From the NCBI GenBank assembly GCA_048013815.1, contig CM106585.1, forward strand, positions 186,001 through 250,000: a stretch of DNA of 64,000 nt. Direction: 5' to 3'. The translations under genes and the position numbers were made by a program. A model generated the notes under the pieces. That model was not told the DNA's origin. It ran no database searches and was given only the letters and a program-made list of their open reading frames with translations. Each line of letters opens with the position of its first letter. The stretch's first letter is position 1. Positions 47,399 through 60,026 of the stretch are shown piece by piece. This DNA is from Setoptus koraiensis (taxonomy: Eukaryota; Animalia; Arthropoda).

Positions 47399-48937
47399 AT
47401 GAAGTTAATCGACAACTCACACAATGGCGTTGCCGCTCCAAAGAAAATGCTCTTTGCCTTTTATCCGTTCGAGGCTCACGGACACATCAATCCGGCCATC
47501 AGTATGGGCAACGCGCTGCGACAAATGGGCCACGACACTGTGTTCCTGTGCATCAACGATATCGGCTACACTGATCAACGAGTCATTTGTTTGAAGAAAA
47601 TACGTGATGCCAAGCGAGAATCAAATAACAATACACCCAAGACGCCAGATTTTAAAATTGTTAAACAGGCCTCTATTGATGAATTAGCCAAGCACACCCT
47701 GGCCGAGAAGCAGTCTATCAAGCAAGCCTCGGTCGATAGAAGAATGATTGAGAAGATGCAGGCAGTGGACTACACATCCGACACCTTCGACACTCTATGC
47801 ACAATGTTCGACTGTTTCTCCGAATTGATAAGCCATTTATCGGACCCAGTCTGGGACGAAATACTCCGAGAGGTACTTGTCGACCTGAAGCCCGACGTTG
47901 TAGTGGTGGATCATGTCGTTGTGTCGCCCGCCATAATGACTCCGGCCCATAATCAAAAGTGGGTCAAGGTTTCGTCCGTACAACCGTTGGGCCTGTACGG
48001 TCACTCGAACCCCGACTTATTTCCAGCGCCCTATTTGGGCGTATCGGTCACTAATAGCACCCAAGAGGAGAAACTATTGAGCTGGAGGCAATACGAACAG
48101 GCCTCAGCACCAGTGAGACCCTTGACACTAGAAATGGCTCGCTTGGCCAAGCTGCCGGCTAAGGACCATAGTATTGTATTGCCAGATATGAACATTTCTC
48201 CCTATCTAAATATGTACATTTACCCCCGCGAGTTGGACTACGATCAAGAGCTCGGACATTCCCTCACAGATTGGGTTAGAATTCAGTCAACCAATCGTCC
48301 AAAGAACTATAACCAACTAAGCCAACTCGATGGTCAGAATCGACACAAATTACTCGAGGCACTCGACATACCACAGGACTTGTGTGACTTCATTTCAAGC
48401 AATCTCGACGAACAGGGCAGAACAAAAAAGAAACTGCTCTTCTTGTCCATGGGCACCATCGCCTGCATGGACCTGAACATTATGCAAGGTCTAGTGGACC
48501 TTTTAGCCGAGCAACCCTACCAGGTGATCGTGTCAAAGGGTGCCCGTCATCAAGAGTACAACTTGGCGCCCAACATGTGGGGCGCCAAGCATGTTCCTCA
48601 GAAGGAAATTTTACTATTGGTAGATTTGGTTATAACGCACGGTGGCAACAACACAATAACCGAATGTCTCTATTCTGGCGTGCCCGCACTCATTGTGTGT
48701 CCAATGTTTTGCGATCAACTAGACAACGCCGGTAGATTGCAAGAGAAACGACTGGCCGTGCGCGTTGATTTGAACCGGCCCAACTCGTTTCAGACCCTGC
48801 TAGAATCCATAGAGAAAGTGTTGCAAGATACCGAAATGAGTGACAATATCAAGCGAGTGAGCAAAGAATTGCGCGATCCTAGCGATGGCCCGGAGAAAGC
48901 GGCCAAGCTAATCGAGAAGCTCGCACTTCAGTCCTGA
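47399..48937 (+). CDS. UDP-glycosyltransferase (GT1), intronless, cytosolic MGT/bacterial-like type, 512 aa
   Basis: N-terminal AHGHINP motif and UGT signature HVPQKEILLLVDLVITHGGNNTITECLYSGVPALIVCPMFCDQ are present. There is no signal peptide and no C-terminal TM anchor, and the ORF is uninterrupted. Confidence 0.95.
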   Translation: MKLIDNSHNGVAAPKKMLFAFYPFEAHGHINPAISMGNALRQMGHDTVFLCINDIGYTDQRVICLKKIRDAKRESNNNTPKTPDFKIVKQASIDELAKHTLAEKQSIKQASVDRRMIEKMQAVDYTSDTFDTLCTMFDCFSELISHLSDPVWDEILREVLVDLKPDVVVVDHVVVSPAIMTPAHNQKWVKVSSVQPLGLYGHSNPDLFPAPYLGVSVTNSTQEEKLLSWRQYEQASAPVRPLTLEMARLAKLPAKDHSIVLPDMNISPYLNMYIYPRELDYDQELGHSLTDWVRIQSTNRPKNYNQLSQLDGQNRHKLLEALDIPQDLCDFISSNLDEQGRTKKKLLFLSMGTIACMDLNIMQGLVDLLAEQPYQVIVSKGARHQEYNLAPNMWGAKHVPQKEILLLVDLVITHGGNNTITECLYSGVPALIVCPMFCDQLDNAGRLQEKRLAVRVDLNRPNSFQTLLESIEKVLQDTEMSDNIKRVSKELRDPSDGPEKAAKLIEKLALQS

Positions 48938-50174
48938 GTAGAATATTTTTTATCACTGATGCCGAAATTTTATCACAAATGCCTATTTTATCCACACTGT
49001 CTTAACAAATCATGACTAAAAATTCATTGTTGAACAATGACTCAGTCCATTCCAACACTACAGCAATGCCCACGATATATGACTAGTTTATTTTCCATGC
49101 TCTTCTTATGTAATGTTGTATATGATGTTTTACATTCTGTTTGTTTGTGTGTGTGTTGGCGCCAAATTGTTGATGTTGACGCCTTGTCCAGTATCGCCTT
49201 GAATTGTTGCTTCTGTTGTGTCCAGTGTGTCTAGTGACTCGCCAATGGTGAGTGTGTCCGATCAAGGTATCAAGACAACCAACAGCAAGCCTGTATACTG
49301 TACTAGTTGCGCTAGTGTTGCCAGACGGTCAGCCAGGCTAAGGCCGAGATATATTCAGGTGAGCAAAAAGTAGTGCTGTTGTTAGTGTGAACAGCTTGTT
49401 GTCGTTTGTAAGCCGACATCAGCAACAACAACAACAACAAAGTGAGCTCGGCAACAGCAGGCCACTTGTAGCAACAGCTTGAATATATCAACTGTGAGAG
49501 GAAAAGATTCGGCGCATCCAGTTTGAGATTTGTTGGTCAGTTGGTCAACTTGATTTCTCTCTCCCTCTTTCGCTTCTCAGTGTTTTGATTTTAATAATTC
49601 AACGCAGACAGACACAGACGCAGACACAACATGAACTGGCCATAATATTTGAAATCGAATGGCCAGACTGGTCAGTCAGTGGCCAGACAGTGCTACATAT
49701 GCAGATGTCAGAGGCGGCAGCCTAGACCGAATGCAACTGGCCAAGTGCAGACGTGAGCAAACACATTCATCTTAATTCAATTACACAAACGCAGACAGAT
49801 ATAGTGAGCAGATAGCGCCACCGCCTTCTCCTAATGTGTGTTTGCTCACATTTGCAACAGCAACAACAACGACAACGGCAGCAGCAACAGCAGCGGCAAC
49901 AACGGCAACAACAGCAACGGCAACAACAAAGACAGGAACAGAGAGAAGCAAAATTGTGTCTGTGTAATTAACCCTTTTTCTTTCACTCATTTACCTATGA
50001 ATTGGTCAGTATGTATTGTTGTGTTGCTGTTCTACTCTTGCTGTGTCCTATTGACTATCTCACTCACACTGGCAGTAGTTTGTCTGGCGAGTAGCAGTCT
50101 TGGCAAAGATGGCCGCATCTGGTTAGATTGGCTCAAGTTGTTGTCGCCTCGATCTCGACCGGACTGCATTGATT

Positions 50175-50175
<1 letters not shown>

Positions 50176-50220
<45 letters not shown>
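50176..50220. repeat. (CA)n microsatellite
   Basis: Direct reading of the sequence. Confidence 0.95.
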
Positions 50221-50222
<2 letters not shown>

Positions 50223-53200
50223 CATACAAACAAATGTGTGTAGTGTGTGCAGACACCGCCTATATGGTGATGATTATCGAGCGGCAACAACAACAGAAGC
50301 AACAGCAGCGAGATGGAGGAGGAGGAGGCAGCTCGAAGTTTGCATACAGGTTGAAGCAATAAAACGAAAACAAGCGATGGTGTCGTGATTGCAACCCTTG
50401 ACCTATTCTTGCCCAGTCCGACTCCACCTGACGCTTCGTCGGCCGTTGTTGTTGTTGCTGCTGTTATTGCTGCTGCTGTTGTTGTTGTTGCTGTTGTTGC
50501 TGTTGTTGCTGTTGTTGTTGGCTACATCAATCAGGTTAAACATTTAGCGACTTGACTGTTGTCGGGCGCAGTTGGCGTTGTTGCTGGCGTTGCCGTTGTT
50601 GTATCTAGCTATCGTGGGAACAACAGTATTAAGTATTAACTGTGATGTTCAGTTTCTAGTTTCATGATCACTTGGCGCTGTTGCTGTTGCTGGTGTGTCA
50701 GCTGTTGCTGTTGGTGTCTGCCGTTGCCGTTGCCGTTGATCGATACGTTGATCTCTATCGCCGTCGTCACTATATAACGGGTGAAGATGTTAAGGTATAG
50801 ACAAACAATGAAGGTGAACAGTGAAATCATGATCACCCGCCAGTGAATGTGTCTTCAATACACACACACAAATGTATATTGAAGCCGGTGTGTGTGTGTG
50901 TCTATTGGCGACCCCCTTTCAATGCCACTCTCAACTGGTCACTCAATTCAGGGGTTGGCGGTGGCGCCGCGACCAAGTTCTCTGCTGTCCAGTTGTTGTT
51001 GTTGCTGATGAAACCACAATCCGTATGTGAGTGTGTGTGTGTGTGTCCAGACTGGCTGCACTGTTAACGAACAAACGAATAATTAACTCGCCACCACTGA
51101 GTGTGCGCTGTTTCTCTGTCGTTGCTGCCGTCGTCGTTGTTGTTGTTGCTGTTGTTGCTGTTGTTGCTGTTGTTGCTGTTGTTGCTGTTGTTGTTGTTGT
51201 TGCTGCTGTTGTTGGTCATCGCTTGTTTGTAAACATCATCAAGCAGTGCTGTCCTTGTTTCAAACACTGCAACTGGTGCTGCTGGTGCTGCCGTTCTCTC
51301 ATTCACTCTCGTTCGTTTCGGCCGCAAGCTTTGTCAGATCGTGGAAACGTATCAACGTTGCCGTCGTTGATGTTGCCCTCTGTTATTGAAGTTTAACAAC
51401 AACACCAAAAACATGTGTGCTCCACTAGCAGTCGCATCGGCAGCCAATAATCAAACACACAAGCCAACAGTCATTTGATCTTCATTATGTCACAAGAGCA
51501 TCCATAAACAAACTACACAAAGCAGCAGCAACACTCACAACAACATCTGACCGCACCAGCAATGGATAACAGGTGATAGAGGCCACATCCATCTGCTTGC
51601 TCGTTACAGTGTCTATGAACCGCTGCAGCTCCCACTAATTGAGCCAGCAGTGATTAGTGAGAGCAGAGGGCCAATTTGTACATAGTGTCACTAGTGGACA
51701 CATATATATAAGTGCAGCACATATAACACAGCATTCAACAATACGACCATCAACCGCAAACATGACGAGCAACAATTGCCACTTTCAGTATTTATTTGTT
51801 AGTATTACTAAGTACAATGGCCATCGTAACAATATTACACATATATATTATATATAAACATGAGCATATTGATAATTGCATTGACACTAATTGCATTTGA
51901 GCCCCACAAGTGTTAGCTGGAATCCTTGACTCACTAATCCCTGAGCGCCACAAACAACATTGCGTGGCGTACATATTCTAGTGTTTATTGTGCTTATATC
52001 TGGATCATCATCATCATCGCAATCGCGCCAGCAAATTAAACAGTCAATTTAACAGCGTATAATTAGTAATATGGCGCCAACTTGAGCGACATAATAATAT
52101 AACACAGATAGGCAACTGGTAACCAGACAAAACACACATAATACCACACCAATTAGATCTTGTAAGTTGCAGTGGCGAACAAGCCAACTCTATCAACACA
52201 AATAGTTGCACAAATAGTGCGCCGCATCTCATGGTGGCGCTCATTGTCAGAGATATTTATATATAAATATCAGATAAACAGCGCCGGCGTTGTATTGTTT
52301 GTATGCATCTTACGTGCATCAACGTTAATTCAGCGTTCGCTCTCCCTCTCTCGCTAAAAACACACAAACGACAACAACAACAACAACATCAACAAGTGAG
52401 AGTACGCTGCTGCCTGATTGCTAATCTACTGACACATCTTGACAACGATGGCCACCATCATCAGCCAGTGATTACGACCCAGTAAAAGTGAGAGATCTTG
52501 ATGTTGTTGTTTATAATTTTATTTTATCTTTTAAGCAGCTCACGCTCACCACTCGACACTGTACCGACTTGGTATTACCAAGAGGGACACACACACTCGT
52601 TTGTGTGCAACTAACAGCCTGTAAGTTACAGGCCCTGTGATACTGGGCACATAAAGCATAGGCAAGACACAATCTATCTATAGCAACATCACACACTCAC
52701 ATGAGTCACACACACACACACACACACACACACTACACAATTAGGCGTGTGGAGCGACAACAAAAAGAGTGAATGTGCCACAGAGCAGCTTGCGCATTCA
52801 CAGAGAATAGCTATAGAGCAAGCGAACAACATAAACACTAAACTTGTGAGAGAGAGAGAGAGAGCGAGAGAGAATTTGTTGAGTGGAAATCATAGAGACG
52901 CACGCACCTATTAATTTAAGCAGTAGCAGTGGCAGCAGCTGCATTAACCAGCTCTAACCAGCTCTCACTAGTGAGCTTGTTTTGCGCACAAGAGGCAGCG
53001 TCTTGCTCTGCGAGCGCATCGAACTATATATACAATAGTAGAACTTTTTGCGCGACACACACACACAAATGTGATGTGACACACTCACTTATTCGGTGAT
53101 CGCCATGATGAACAACCATCCATGTATCTCATGTCCAACTTTCTCTGCACACACACACACACACACACATTCCCTCACGCACAGCTCGCTGCAAGTGTGG

Positions 53201-53372
53201 CTAGCGAACATTTCAAGATCGAACTTTTTTCAAGGGTGACCACTAACACACGCACACACACACACACACACCGTGTATGATACACACACGCACACGCCAT
53301 TATCTCTTTCAATCCTTCTCGCATCGTCCCATTGTCGAACACGCCGAATCGAACGATACGCACCCGCAATTT

Positions 53373-53437
53373 GCAAAATCGAACAATTGGAATTCACAAA
53401 ATCGAACATTTGGGATTGGCAAAATCGAACTTTCGGC
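53373..53437. repeat. 23-bp tandem repeat with AAAATCGAAC core (~2.8 copies) upstream of the SLCO first exon
   Basis: gcaaaatcgaacaattggaattc / acaaaatcgaacatttgggattg / gcaaaatcgaactttcggc. Confidence 0.7.
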
Positions 53438-53606
53438 ATCGAATAATCGCACCGGCGTGGTCGATGTAATAATTCAATCATTCAGTTTTTAGCAGTGCCC
53501 GCGCAACATACATGCCACAGGAGCTTGCACACTGTGGGCCCCAATCCGAAATCCAACCAACAAGCAACGCCAACAGCCACCGGCGCAACGAGCAACAAGC
53601 AGCGAC

Positions 53607-56600
53607 ATGGCAAGGCAACGCCGCTTCGCCTCCAAAAAGGCCTTTCTATTCCTCTTCTCGCTGGCCAACATAATCCAAGGTGAGTCGACAGTATAAACGT
53701 ATCAAATCACAACTAAATGAACTTGTCACAAATCCAAAATACCCACTCATGGCCCGTTAATCGTCCCGAAATACTCCCATCCCCAAACAGGCATGTACGT
53801 GACCTACTTTGTGAGCACTCTCACCACCATTGAACGACTGTACGAAATCCAGAGCAAAACAGTGGGCGCCATCATGAGCGCCACGGAATTCGGCCAAATA
53901 TTGGGATCGCTATTAGTTAGCTATTACGGTGGCAAGGGAAACAAACCCAGATGGATTGCGGTGTGCATGACCATGTCCGCAGTCGCTGCCACCCTCTCTA
54001 CATCGCCACATTTCTTCAATTATATCAACAATAGCAGACATAATCATAATCAGCATCTAAATTTAAACACTTTCTCTGGCAACGACCTGCCAGACCATTA
54101 TTCGGCGGCACTTTTGGGCCAAGGTCAGCTCTGTTCATCGTCTGTGATACAACAACAACAACAACAACCCCAATCAGAAACAAACTTTAATCATGACAAC
54201 AACAACTTGTTGACTGCACAATATGGTCAAAATTGGTCCACTCCAGTCGCGCATCAGCCAGAACAAGCAACAACCAAAGTAACAACAGCAGTTAATAACA
54301 ATCAAGCCAAATATAAAATGAAACAACCAACCGAGATAATATTTGTGATATTCTTTTTCAGTTTATTGGTAATAGGCTTTGGCTCGACAGCTATGACAAC
54401 ACTTGGCATACCATTTATAGATGACATTGTTAGCAGGGAAGAGTCGCCACTTTATTTAGGTGTCACCATTGGTCTCAGAATATTTGGTCCGGCATTGGGA
54501 TTTCTTTTGGGCTCTGTTTGTATCCAATTGAATGTCAATTTCCCATTTGATTCAACCACATTCGATGGGGCCAATCAAGCCAATTCGATTGACTGGATTG
54601 GTGCTTGGTGGCTCGGACTCATCCTCGTTAGTATACCTTTGCTACTGTTAGCCTTACCTATGTATTATTTTTCGTTTATCACGAACAAGGACACAGCCGA
54701 TACAGCTGACAAATCAAGTGTTTTTAATGGAAACTATAATCTTGAATGTAGCGATAAACAACACAGAATACAACCAAATAGACCGCGTCACCATGCTCAT
54801 CAACACGACTATTATGATACAGACAACACAGAAAAAGACAATAATAACCATGAGGACCATGAGGACGAAGATGATGATCTCGATGACGATCATGATTTGA
54901 ATGAAAAAATTATTGCTTCATCGGTGCCAACATCACCGACTCCATCACCGATAGGTAATCTCACAGAAGATTCTCTAGATTATCTCCATCATAATAATCA
55001 TAATCAACACTACATAGAATATAGATTAAATGATGCATTCATAGACCATGAAAGATTGTCGCAGCGAACCGCAGACATGGTGGCAAATAAGAAAACATCA
55101 AGTAATACTGAAGTGAACCGTCGACAAATACATTCAAATTTACGTTCGATTGATACCAGTAATCTACTATCATCAAATATGACCAAATTCAACAAGTCAC
55201 AACAAGCAAACCTTAAACTAGCTAACTCGGAGAAAAACTGTTGCGATGATGCAGACTCCGTGATAACTAAAAGTTCATTGGATCTAAGCTCAAGATCTAG
55301 CATGACCTCCAGTAATACAAACAATCAAAATCATAAACATCGACGAGAAAGACGACGTCGCTATCTGTCTTCATCAACAAGTGCCTCATCATCAGACCAT
55401 CAACACAATCATGATCAACATCGTCGCAATCGACATCAAAATCATGGTGCAAATATCACTGATGATGATGACCGTTTTAAAGAACACAAAACCAAAAAAG
55501 TGCAGCAACAACAACGAAGACGACAATTACAAAAACAAAATAACAAAATTAATAGCCTGTCGAATTCCATCAGACGCCTCATGAGAAACAAATTGTTTAT
55601 GTTGAGATTAACGAGCACTGTTTTGCATATATTGCCCATTGCTGGCTTTTATACATTCTTGCCAAAGTACCTGATTGAACAATTTAGAGTTGATGCCTCT
55701 ACCGCAAGTGCCATAAGTGGACTCGCCGGTATACTATTTGTAGGTTTTGGAGCTTTTATAGGCGGATCTCTGATGAGGATATTCAATGTAAACTCCAAAT
55801 GTGTCACAAGATGGATCGCATCATCAGCTTTAGCTTATGCGATGGGTCTTTTGATATTAATGCAGTTGGGTTGTCCTCAAGAAAATTTAGTTACTTATGA
55901 CATGACCATAAGGGACAGTAGTTACATCAGTCATCCTCATGACCCAGTGCCGTTGTCCTGTACCAACTCTTGCAATTGTCGCCAAAGCGTATACAATCCT
56001 ATTTGCGTTCAGCAAACAACCTATTTATCGCCATGTCTTGCAGGTTGCACAAATTATACTCAATTGGATAATCAGCGTATAATTTATAATGACTGCAAAT
56101 GCCATATGGTTACGGCAGTCTCAAATAATGGTCATATTTTAGACTATAGTATAGATGATCTCACAGTAACTAGCGGAGCTTGTAAAAATCATTGCGGAAA
56201 TCTAAAATGGTACATCATGGTATTCTCGTTATTTGTTCTGATACATGCCACTTGTGAAGTTGGATCAATGATGCTAAATCTCAGGTAAATAGAGATTTCA
56301 CTATATTTCGCTCTATGAATGACTCTATTTTGAATATACCTACCTCTAAACTTCCCTTCGACGCTCATTGATCGCTCTAATATATATCTTTATATTTTAC
56401 AATTCCGTCAGATGTGTGGACTCAAAGGATCGAGCTCTCGCACTTGGCATGGTGACATTCGCTTCTTCACTATTGGGTGAGTATCGCTGCAGTGAATAGC
56501 TTGATTGAACACCTCGAATGATCAGGAATATCTCTCATTTGTTCGTGACTCCATCTAAAATGTACAATGTCTTTTTCAACTTTACAGGTACCATACCTTG

Positions 56601-57087
56601 CTCAATCATTTACGGTTCCGTAATCGATCTCACTTGTATTTATTGGGACACATCCGAGCCAGAGTCTTCAATCTCTTCGACCAACGATCAGACAAATAGT
56701 GAGCAACCGAGTAGGGGTGCTTGTCGAGTCTATGATAATGATAGGTTCCGGTTGTATTTACATGGTCTAACCGCCCTAGTTATGATATTTGCATTTATCA
56801 TTGACAGCATCATCTGCAAGAAAGCTGGTAAGATCAACTTTTTTCAGCAATCTTCATCGGATGGTGAACATACGGATAGGACCCAAACGCCAAATACTAC
56901 CACCATTACTTTACAAGGTTCCTCTCTGAAACAATTAAACAATGAAATCTCAGACAATTTTACCATCGACCGTGACGAGGAGGAAGACGATGGAGTTGTT
57001 GGTCACATGAGCGAAGATGATGAATTCGATTGCAAGCTAGCAGAACCAAACCGAAGACAAATTGCTATAGATTGTGCCGCAATATAA
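53607..57087 (+). CDS. solute carrier organic anion transporter (SLCO/OATP family), at least 4 exons
   Basis: Exons 53607-53679, 53791-56284, 56412-56476 and 56588-57087, with GT-AG introns that restore the frame. OATP motifs: FASKKAFLFLFSLANIIQG, TLTTIER, SYYGGKGNKPRWI, WIGAWWLG, Kazal-like CTNSCNC...YNPIC...YLSPCLAGC, RCVDSKDRALALG, GTIPCSIIYGSVIDLTCIYW. The true start may lie in a further upstream exon (TTTTAG acceptor at ~53472). Confidence 0.92.
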
Positions 57088-57591
57088 TATTATACTACAA
57101 GGCATCATCCTATGACAATTGATTGATTTTTGTTTTCATAACTCTTCAAAATTAATTTATTTAAGCTCGTATCCTCAAGCATTCATCACTACCTCTCGTT
57201 CCACTCATTTACATAGACTCATACAATCAGTTGGGAATAATTGATTTTAAATTAACAATGAAGAATCAGCTACAATCAATCACGCACTAATCTATTATCT
57301 GATAGAAAAGTGTTACTAATTAAGAATATGCATGTGCAGTGACATTACGAAGTAAGTCCGTCCCAATCAATTAAAATGTATATTTGTTCAAATAGATATT
57401 GTTTTTGTCACCTTGTTGTTATCTGTTCAATCATGTTATTGATCTGTATTAATGAGATCAAACACCTCACCTTCCACAACTCAACAACAAACTCCCGAAC
57501 AAATAAAATGTTATTAACTTAATCGAGATAAAGCATAAATATATGATATTCAAATGGAGAGAAATTTCAATCTAGATCCTTTAGGCGGAGG

Positions 57592-57611
57592 GAGAGAGAG
57601 AGAGGGAGAGA

Positions 57612-57700
<89 letters not shown>
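57592..57700. repeat. (GA)n microsatellite
   Basis: Direct reading of the sequence. Confidence 0.95.
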
Positions 57701-57704
<4 letters not shown>

Positions 57705-58753
57705 TTCCCGACCTTGCTTTGTTGAGGAAGTGCCAATCATAATAACGTTCATATCAGTATCCTGTAATTACCTTACGTTACCGAGATCGTGATCAATGAT
57801 AGGGTATTTATGCATCTTTACATGATTGTTTTTATTGAGAAAGCTTTGTCGTTATGAGTCCACAGGATAGTATGCTCACTTCAATCACAATAAGATCGAA
57901 CATCGATACTATCAATGTGTCGATATGACATAGATTATCTATTTATTATCTAATTATCTATAATCTATGATAGATAACAATAAACATTAGATTTCACACG
58001 TCTAAAGTGTAACTTTCGCTCGCGCGACATGCTAATTTTCTGGGCGTGACTGTTGTCGATCTCATATAACTTTGAAAACTGTACGATACTGCTGGAGAAA
58101 TAAAAAATTTCCTGAATAGATACCTATCCTCCACTACATTCAGCTAGCTAGTTGTAGGTTATTAATTGTAACTAGATAAGCAATAGTTTTTTATGTACCT
58201 ATGCTAGTTAACATTTAGTTAGATTGCTCACACACACATCGTAACTCGTTACAACATTTGCCTGATAAGATTGTGACTACCAATAATCTCTTCCTGAACA
58301 CAATGCAGTTTATCCAGTTGTTGGAAACGACATTGATTCTCTCCACTATTGATTATAAGTCGTAGACAGGGGGACGTCAAAACTTATTCGAAGATATCCT
58401 TCTCTCTCCCTCTGCGTGTTAGTAGAGAGAGAGAGAGTGAACGAGAATAAATAAGTAATAATAATGACAGCAAGTGAATGTTGTTGAAGCTAGATGTGCA
58501 GACTGATAGTAATGTACGTCTGCTCCATTAGCTGCTTTCTGAACGATAAGGGCAAGGTATAACAACTTATTCTGATCCGAGGAACAGAGCAGTATTTCAA
58601 GTTATTTGTTGTAAGTTTGTCAAAGGTAAGATGAATCTAAGAGATTTTCAACAACTAAAAACTAAAACAAATAAGTGAATCTCTACTCTATTGACACTCG
58701 AACAAAAAGATAAGAATTAATCCAACAAATTACGAATAGACGGCAAAAACACG

Positions 58754-59627
58754 ATGGCTAAAACTAGGAATCAATCCAATCACAATGAAACGATGTCGCT
58801 TTTCGCATTGCTATTTCATCTGGGTGCGGTCGGTATCTATGGCTACTGTATCTATTTCATGTCTACATCACGTAAGTACGGCAGCTCCAGCATCACTGAA
58901 TATACACTTAACAATCACATAACATTGGCTGCAAATGACATCTAGCAGTTGTATTTATCATATTTGTGTCGTATCGCCATTTCATTGACAAACACCATTT
59001 ACAGGCCCCCTGATCGAAGGCATGAGTCAAGTAATTAATCCAAAATTGAAACGCTACGGAAAATGGCAATTTTTAACCTTTAACTGTTTAGTATTACAGT
59101 TGACTGCTTACGTTCTTTGTTTGGTATCCCATTTTGTGCCAAGTGGTCAATTGCGTAAATTGAGAGACTTCATTATCACATCATTGGCATTGCCTATCAG
59201 TGGTACTGTCTTTACCATTTTCTGGGGGGTTTGGCATGTACTTGGTAGAGAGAAAATATTTCCTGTAATTGTGGAACAATTCCATCCCAGTTGGTTGAAT
59301 CACGCCGTCCACACTATTATAGTACCCATCAATCTTATGGAATTAATTTTAGTCAGACACAGATATTCGTCAACAGGATTATCATTGGCGGTTTTGTTAG
59401 CATACAACCTAGGATATTCATTGTTCTTACTTTATATGAGATGGCAATCCGGTGCTTTTGTCTATGAATTTCTGAACCATGCCAACGCTGCCGGAGTAAC
59501 TTGCACTGTAGTAGGTTCCTGCATTATTGTATGTATTTTCTTCTTTGCAGGCAAGGCAATAACTAAACTATTCCACAATCCATCGGAAAAGGAGTCATCG
59601 ATATCGGCTCGACGACACAACGACTAG
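58754..59627 (+). CDS. FAR-17a/AIG1/ADTRP-family membrane hydrolase, 2 exons, ~246 aa
   Basis: Exons 58754-58871 and 59005-59627 (C|GTAAGT...TTTACAG|GC). Family motifs GKWQFLTF (catalytic Thr position) and PSWLNHAVHT (catalytic His position) are present, with multiple TM helices. Confidence 0.88.
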
Positions 59628-59756
59628 TCTTATAAAGAGTCTTTTGAAGCCTTTTCAATAGTTCAGTTGAGAAATAGTATTAATGAAGAACATCAGGATC
59701 GGTAAACGACAGTAATTTTTATAATAATGATATTACAATATAACTATGTCTATTGA

Positions 59757-60026
59757 CTATGTTGCTGTACTAGGATGCCAAGTTTTCATATCGAATTCTT
59801 CAATTTCATTGTCACCTCGCTTGCTCCTGTGATATTTATAATAGGCTGTGAGGAAAACTCTCAAATATTGACTATCGTGTAAATACTTTCTGGCCTCCTG
59901 TTCACGATTTAGATAACCAAGACCATACACACAGGCGATAACGGTCGCAACTTCTCCTAGAATGACCCATTTGAATATCTTTTTAAGTGGTGCGTATACA
60001 GAATTGACTGGGGTTTTCCGGATCAT
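59757..60026 (-). CDS. CEBPZOS: CEBPZOS-like small single-TM protein, 89 aa
   Basis: PLKKIFKWVILGEVATV...AYYK...EIEEFDMKTW aligns by eye with human CEBPZOS (PLAKKIFKGVLVAELVGV...VYYK...IRELDQKTW). The ATG is directly preceded by TCTACAG, suggesting a 5' UTR intron. Confidence 0.75.
   Translation of the reverse strand: MIRKTPVNSVYAPLKKIFKWVILGEVATVIACVYGLGYLNREQEARKYLHDSQYLRVFLTAYYKYHRSKRGDNEIEEFDMKTWHPSTAT

Noticed and set aside
47399-48937. UGT as bacterial contamination
   Set aside because: The flanks are continuous with microsatellite-rich eukaryotic sequence and intron-containing genes, and the ORF carries a host-like low-complexity insert.
50636-50836. 66-aa minus-strand ORF with a signal-peptide-like start (MIMISLFTFIVCLYLNIF)
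   Set aside because: It is short, runs into microsatellite-derived polyQ and has no corroborating exon structure.
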